Source: Octopus sinensis
Lineage: Eukaryota
Assembly: GCF_006345805.1 (NCBI RefSeq)
Contig: NC_043021.1
Location: 10,850,001-10,914,000, forward strand
Length of the DNA: 64,000 bases
Direction: 5' to 3'
The notes under the pieces were generated by a model, which did no database searches, was not told the origin of the DNA, and was given only the letters and a program-made list of their open reading frames with translations. Shown here one piece after another: positions 1 through 64,000 of this stretch (position 1 is the stretch's first letter; each line of letters starts with the position of its first letter). The position numbers and the translations under genes are program-made.

Positions 1-7
1 TATACAT

Positions 8-38
<31 letters not shown>

Positions 39-516
39 CATATACATACATATACTATAATAATATATATACATATACATACATATATAATTATATATAT
101 ATATATACATCATACATACATATAATAATATATATTATCAACATACATATAATTATATATATATTATACATACATATATATATATATATATATACATAAT
201 ATATATATATACATACATACATACATACATAATAATTACATACATACATACATACATATATATATAATACATACATACATATATCATATATATATAACAT
301 ATATATATAATATATATATATTACATACATACATAATATATATATATATATATCATACATACATCATACATACATATATAATATATATATATATAAACAT
401 TACATATATATATATAATATACATACATACATACATATATATATATATATATTATACATACATACATATAATATATATATATATACATACATACATACAT
501 TATATATATATTATAC

Positions 517-551
<35 letters not shown>

Positions 552-554
552 ATT

Positions 555-589
<35 letters not shown>

Positions 590-659
590 CATAATACATA
601 CTATATATATATATATATATATATAATACATATTATATATAATATAATATATATAATAC

Positions 660-707
<48 letters not shown>

Positions 708-712
708 ATAAA
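1..712. repeat. Compound (TA)n/(TACA)n microsatellite
   Basis: Sequence is almost entirely TA/TACA units; source of the spurious Y/I/M ORFs. Confidence 0.97.
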
Positions 713-788
713 TATTAGGGAATAAATCCAAATTTACAGGGAAAAAAATCAGATTTAGGATTAAATCCAATTTTATAGTAAAATATTA

Positions 789-1197
789 TATAATATTAAT
801 TCGAGACAAAACCACTATTTTGCAAAACAAACAAGGAAAGACTTAATCAATACATAAAAATTTTAATATAAGAAATAAACCGCCACTACAATCGTTTCAT
901 GTCTTCAATGACATTCGTCAGGTGGATTTTCGATCTAAAATATCAATATATTAAAATATAAGTTTAAAATAATAAAATTATCAATGAAAAATATAATATA
1001 TATAATCTATATATAATCAATATATAATCTAAAATAAACCCTATAAACAATTAAATATTTTAGATCGAAAATCCAACTGACGAATGTCATTGAAGACATG
1101 AAACGATTGTAGTGGTGGTTTATTTCTTTATTAAAAATTTTATGTATTGATTAAGTCTTTCCTTGTTTGTTTTGCAAAATAGTGGTTTTGTCTCGAA

Positions 1198-1207
<10 letters not shown>
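789..1207. mobile_element. Foldback/inverted-repeat element in (TA)n (about 140-bp arms, Penelope-terminus-like)
   Basis: 789-931 is the reverse complement of about 1055-1207 (e.g. cgtttcatgtcttcaatgacattcgtca / tgacgaatgtcattgaagacatgaaacg). Confidence 0.7.
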
Positions 1208-1252
<45 letters not shown>

Positions 1253-1976
1253 CATACATACATACATATATATATATAATGTATATATATATATATATAT
1301 ACATACATACAAATATATATATAATATAATAATGATAATAATATAATATATAAATTTATGCATATTATACATACATATATGTACATAACTACATATATAT
1401 GTATATATACATGCATATATGGGTACAGGACATCAAAAAAAAAACGTTGAACACAATGAGAAATGAAAACATAAAAACAAAAACATAGACACAAACTTTT
1501 TTTCAAACAACTAAAAAAACAAACAGAGAAACAAGACATGCAACATAAAGAATATTCCCCTTCTTCAGTTGTCCCGGTTTCATCTACTCCACATTTTGAT
1601 ATATATTGAGAGAGGTAGATAGATGGATGTGTAAAGGTAAGATCTAAGGATCAAGGTGTACAAGTGAGCTTCAAGCAGTCCACAGAAGATATAAAAAAAA
1701 AACAACTTTCAGGAAAAATAGTTGTCTATTAGCACAGGAGGCTGTAAATTTTTCCTTGAGCAAGTGTTTTCTACTATAGCCTTGGGCCGACCAAAGCCAT
1801 GTGAGTGGATTTGGTAGACGGAAACTGAAGGAAGCTTGTTGTATATATGTATACTTATATGTATGTGTGTGTATATGTTTGTGTCGAGGTATGATAAGCT
1901 GAAAAAAGAGGCTATTTTACAGTTCACGGTGAGTAACTGGAGTTGCTGTATATGCGAAAATGTATCCAAAAATTAA

Positions 1977-2295
1977 GGAATGGAGTGGATAAAATCCAGG
2001 CTACATATGTTTCATAGCAAGCAGAACCTTGGCAGTATTAATCATCCAAACAAGGAAAAGACAGCAAGCTACTCTTCAGGCCAAGTATACCTTGATTACA
2101 TGAAGTTTACATGTAAACTACATGTTATTAGGATCTCCTAATGACAATGTAAACTTTAGGTATCCAAGGTGTCCTTGGCCTGAATAGTAGCTTGCAGTCT
2201 ACCACTTGTTTGGATAATTAATACTTCCAATTACTACTTCTGAGGTTTCACTAGCTATGAAACATATGTAGCCTGGATTTTATCTACTCCAATTT
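1977..2295. mobile_element. MITE-like foldback
   Basis: ggagtggataaaatccaggctacatatgtttcatagc ... gctatgaaacatatgtagcctggattttatctactcc inverted termini. Confidence 0.65.
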
Positions 2296-2324
2296 TTATA
2301 TATATATATATATATGTATATACA

Positions 2325-3392
2325 TGTGGCTGTGTGGTAAGTAGCTTGCTTACCAACCACATGGTTCCGGGTTCATTCTCACTGCGTGGAACCTTAGGCA
2401 AGTGTCTTCTACTATAGCTTTGGGCCAACCAAAGCCTAAGCACAGAATGACTGTGTGGTAAGTAGCTTGCTTACCAGTCACATGTTTCCGGGTTCATTCC
2501 CACTGCGTGGCACCTTAGGCAAGTGTCTTCTACAATAGCCTCGGCCAACCAAAGCCTAGGTACAGGAGTAGCTGTGTGGTAAGTAGCTTGCTTACCAACT
2601 AGATGGTTGTGGAGGCACATGGCCTAGTGGTTAGAGCAGCGGACTCACGGTTGACAGATCGCGGGTTCGAATATCAGACCGGGCAATGTGTGTGTTTATG
2701 AGCGAAACACCTAAGCTCCACGCGGCTCCGGCAGAAGGTCATGGCAAACTTCTGCTGACTCTTTCGCCTCAACTTTCTCTCACTCTTTCCTCCTGCATCT
2801 TGCAGCTCACCTGCGACGGACCGGCGTTCCGTCCAGGTGGGGAATCTATACATGAAGGAAACCGGCCTTTATGAGCCAGGCATGGCTTGAGAAGGAACAA
2901 ACAACCAGATGGTCCTGGGTTCATTCCCACTGTGTGGTACCTTGGGCAAGTCTCTTCTATTATAGCCTCGGGCCGACCAAAGCCCGGGCACAGGAGTGGC
3001 TATGTGGTAAGTAGCGTGCTTACCAACCACATGGTTCTGGGTTCAGTCCCACTGCGTGGCTCCTTGGGCAAGTGTCTTCTACTATAGCCTTGGGCCGACC
3101 AAAGCCATGTGAGTGGATTTGGTAGACGGAAACTGAAGGAAGCTTGTTGTATATATGTATACTTATATGTATGTGTGTGTATATGTTTGTGTGTCTGTGT
3201 TTGTCCCCCTGAACATCGCTTGAAAACCGATGCTGGTGTGTTTATGTCCCCGTAACTTAGCAGTTCGTCAAAAGATACTGATAGAATAAGTACTAGGCTA
3301 ACAAAGAATAAGTCCTGGGGTCGATTTGTTCGACTAAAGGCGGTGCTCCAGCATGGCCGCAGTCAGATGACTGAAACAAGTAAAAGTGTATA
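2325..3392 (+). mobile_element. tRNA-derived SINE family A multimer (repeated heads) with nested family B SINE (about 2611-2905)
   Basis: Repeated head gtggtaagtagcttgcttaccaaccacatggttccgggttc (A/B-box-like), then body ending ...gactgaaacaagtaaaag. Confidence 0.8.
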
Positions 3393-5666
3393 CATATATA
3401 TGTATATGTATGTATAGTTTAGGAAAATCAATAAGCTGTCAATAATAGTTTTAAATACCGGAGCTAAGAGCTACCAAGCATTCTCATTGGCTATTATGAT
3501 AATAGACGCTATAAAAAACCGCTGAATAAAAGGGAAGTGTGTGTGGATATATGTATGAGTACATAAATACACATGCATGAGTATGGGCATGTACATATAT
3601 GTTTGTGTGAGTGTGTACGTATGTAGACATTATGAATGCAGGAGGTTTCGATGTACTGTGAGAATATGGTTGCGTGTATTTTTTTATCTTTTTTCCTACC
3701 TATTAGAGTAACTTCCCTTTTATTCAATGGTTTTGTTTGTTTTTTTATTTATAGCGCCTATTGTCGCAATAGCCAATGAGAATGCATCGTAGCTCTTAAC
3801 TCCGGCATTTCAAACTGAATCCTATTACGACAGCTTACTGATTGTCATAAACTATACATATATAAATTCCTGTTTACCTAATATCGAAGTCTCATTCTCT
3901 GGTAGTCATTTTATTATTATTATAATATATATATATATTAAACCCTCCTTCTTTCCTGAGCGTCCAGTAATACTATACTTGTTCCACATCCTCGAGTTGT
4001 TGTGTTTTCTCTGTTTTCATGTTTGGATTAACTATATATATATAATATATATATATATCATCATCAATGTGAAACAAGACGGAAAAAAAAAAGAGTACTC
4101 AAATACCAGGGGTAGAGTTTTTAACAAAACTGTCCGACGAACGGGAAACTCCAAGTAACAGGTTTTGTTGAATTTCTGCTGCTTTTAAATAAAGTATATA
4201 TATATATATATATATAGTTAATCCAAACAAGAAAACACAAAAAAACACAACAACGCGAGGACGTGGAACAAATATAGTATTATTGGACGCTCAGGAAAGA
4301 AGGAGGGTTTAACGTTTCGAGCGGAGCTCTTCGTCGGAAACATAGGAGAAGGAGAGATCCAGAGAAGGGAAGACAGAGGAAAAAAATCGCCAACGGTACA
4401 CACAAGGTCACATATATATATATATATTATATATATATATATATATATAACAATTTAGGAGTGACCTTAACAGGCCATTCGTCCACCAGAAAGAGCAGCC
4501 ATAACTCACACCGCCAAGTAGTAGTAATTCAGAAATTAGGTGAAAATTTTAAAAACATTTACCCTAATTCATCTTTTAGACGATGCATCGTTTCTGTGTT
4601 ATTAATGATTAAATTAGCTTAATTAAATTAAATTAAGCCAATCTACCATAGGTCACACTTCATCAGTAAAAAACCTGGAGAGACAAATATACACGAGGCG
4701 TCTGTATCGATGCCTCCGGAATATCTGTCTTAAAATTTTCAAGACCGACGTATTCGCGCCAAACTTATCAGCAGTAAATATAAACTGCCGATTCAATCTC
4801 AGAATTATTCAGAAAATTATCAATTAGTCAATTTAGGGTAGCAAAAAATTCAATAGAAATTTATCGCTACCAGCGGCCTAGTGGAAAAGAGAAAATAGTC
4901 AAAGACTAAATATATAAATATAACAATTTAGGAGTGACCTTAACAGGCCATTCGTCCACCAGAAAGAGCAGCCATAACTCACACCGCCAAGTAGTAGTAA
5001 TTCAGAAATTAGGTGAAAATTTAAAAACATTTACCCTAATTCATCTTTTAGACGATGCATCGTTTCTGTGTTATTAATGATTAAATTAGCTTAATTAAAT
5101 TAAATTAAGCCAATCTACCATAGGTCACACTTCTTCAGTAAAAAACCTGGGAGAGACAAATATACACGAGGCGTCTGTATCGATGCCTCCGGAATATCTG
5201 TCTTAAAATTTTCAAGACCGACGTATTCGCGCCAAACTTATCAGCAGTAAATATAAACTGCCGATTCAATCTCAGAATTATATATATAATAATAATAATT
5301 ATAATAATAATCATAAAATGACAACCAAAGAATGAGACCTTTTTGATTTACTATCAGGTGACTGGTCAACTCTTTATATTTATATAGTTTGTTTCTTCTC
5401 AAGCCATACCTGGTTCATTAGGGCCGGTCTCCCGGATTCCTCCACCTTTATATTTATATACAGCACCAAATTCACTCACAAGCTCATGCCTTGTGAAATG
5501 AAGTGCCCATGGGAGAAGCTACTCCCCCAAAATACAATGGTACCATAATTAAACCTTTGGTTTTGAATGAGCCATCTTCAACACACAACAAAATAATCCA
5601 TCGTCTTAGTGTGAGACGTTTTACGCAGTTAGCTAATTAAGCATCCATCAGTGAGGTAATTAATAC

Positions 5667-5972
5667 ATCAGCACAGAGACTTGGGAGACACTTGCTGCCG
5701 ACCGCTCATCCTGGCGCAGCGCAATCACCACAGGAGCAGGGACAGCCGAGGAGGGACGGATTCGGTCAGCAGAGCAGAAACGCCAGATGCGGAAAGCCAG
5801 AGCCGCCTGCACCAGTAGCACGGCCCCTACCCACTTCTGCCCCACCTGTGGGAGGGGCTTCCTTGCCCGGATTGGCCTCACCAGCCACCTCCGGTCTCAT
5901 AGCGGCAGTTCCACCAGATGATGTCAGTGGTCATCTTCGAACCCGAAGGACGAACATTATTATTATTATTAT
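5667..5972 (+). mobile_element. 5'-truncated RTE-clade LINE 3' end with C-terminal C2H2-type zinc finger and (ATT)n tail
   Basis: Frame from 5667: ...WETLAADRSSWRSAI...HFCPTCGRGFLARIGLTSHLRSH...*; (att)n tail; TAATTAATAC direct repeat on both sides. Confidence 0.85.
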
Positions 5973-6010
5973 TAATTAATACAACATGAAAGATAAACAG
6001 TGTCACCAAC

Positions 6011-62965
<56,955 letters not shown>

Positions 62966-64000
62966 CTACAAAGTAAAGGCAGAAGGAGAAGTTATGAAGT
63001 TTCATTTCATCAATTATTTGTGACAAACTGACGTTCAACTTAACAATATTCAGAGCAAGGATTAACTTTTTAGTATTCAAACCAGCCATATTAGGCCAAA
63101 ATATTTTGCCTGTTTTATGTTCAAACCAGCCAGACTCTGCCTCTCACACCTACCCTTCAATGTCATTCTAATGGCAACCCTATAACATTCAGATTACTTT
63201 CTCAAATGTGCTGAGACCCCCTTTGGTCATGAATGACCATGCGATTGATTGCACCTAGAAAGTTACCGTCCCAGGTACAAGTCCAGGTTGTTTATGGAAG
63301 GCCAGCAGTCTCCCATGCATACCAGCCTCCCCTCTCCACACCACTGATGTTATCCAAGAGAAAGGCAAAGAGGCCGATACAGCTTGGCACCAGTGGATGT
63401 TGCAACTCATTTCTACAGCTGTGTGAACTGGAGTAACGTGAAATAAAGTGTCTTGCTTAAGAACACAACACATAGCTCGGTCTAGGATTCGAACTCACAA
63501 CCTCACGATCGTAAGCTCGACGCTCTAACCACTGAGCCATGTGCCTTCACAAATACAATGCTTACTTATTCACGTTGTTTTGAATTAATCGTGCTTTATC
63601 ATGTAGATTCAAGATTTTGAAGATGTGATTGTTTATTTATAGAATGACATTGTAGGGTAGGTGTGAGAGGCCAAATACAGCCAGTTAAACTCTTTAGCAT
63701 TCAGATTACTCTGTCAAATGTAACGCTTATTTATTCACATTGTGTTGAATTAATCCTGTATTATCATGTAACTTTGAGATTTAAATGATGTGATCATTTT
63801 TTTTTAGAATGACATTGTTAGGTAGGTGTGAGATGCCAGATATGGCCAGTCAAACCCTTTAGCATTCAGGTTACTCTGTCAAATGTAATGATTATTTATT
63901 CATTTTTTAACTCTTTTACTTGTTTCAGTCATTTGACTGTGGCCATGCTGGAGCACCGCCTTTAGTCGAGCAAATCGACCCCAGGACTTATTCATTGTTA

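Noticed and set aside
1-1539. Long Y/I/M/C-rich ORFs
   Set aside because: Translations of (TA)n/(TACA)n microsatellite
2611-2690. tRNA-gene-like sequences (A/B boxes) here and at many other sites
   Set aside because: Each continues into a shared SINE body; these are tRNA-derived SINE heads, not tRNA genes
5660-5940. Possible next (TM or cytoplasmic) exon after exon 25 on the minus strand
   Set aside because: The plus strand is a coherent RTE LINE C-terminus with tail and TSD

Overview
AT-rich, repeat-dense animal genomic DNA. The SINE families, the (TA)n/(AAT)n load and the TE repertoire suggest a coleoid cephalopod (Octopus-like); this is inference, not a database match. The only host-gene signal is on the minus strand: 25 exons of exactly 138 nt between 62965 and 6011. 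All are phase 1-1 and each encodes one intact 46-aa, 8-Cys EGF/laminin-EGF-like repeat (consensus xCxxGKFGPNCxxTCHCADNSKCNRQTGVCSSGGCAAGYEGSNCQTG). Together they could give about 1150 aa of a MEGF10/11-, CED-1- or SCARF-like extracellular region. No start, signal-peptide, transmembrane or stop exon was found. The introns are filled with tRNA-derived SINEs, truncated LINEs (RTE, R4/Dong, Tx1/L1), Tc1/mariner/pogo/piggyBac-type elements and MITEs, Helitron/Helentron-like elements, a Gypsy remnant, foldbacks and microsatellites. The most interesting signal is the exon array: the cassettes are interchangeable, the variation is concentrated in a few loops, and near-identity is confined to exons with mosaic patterns, which suggests exon-level gene conversion and possibly combinatorial splicing.
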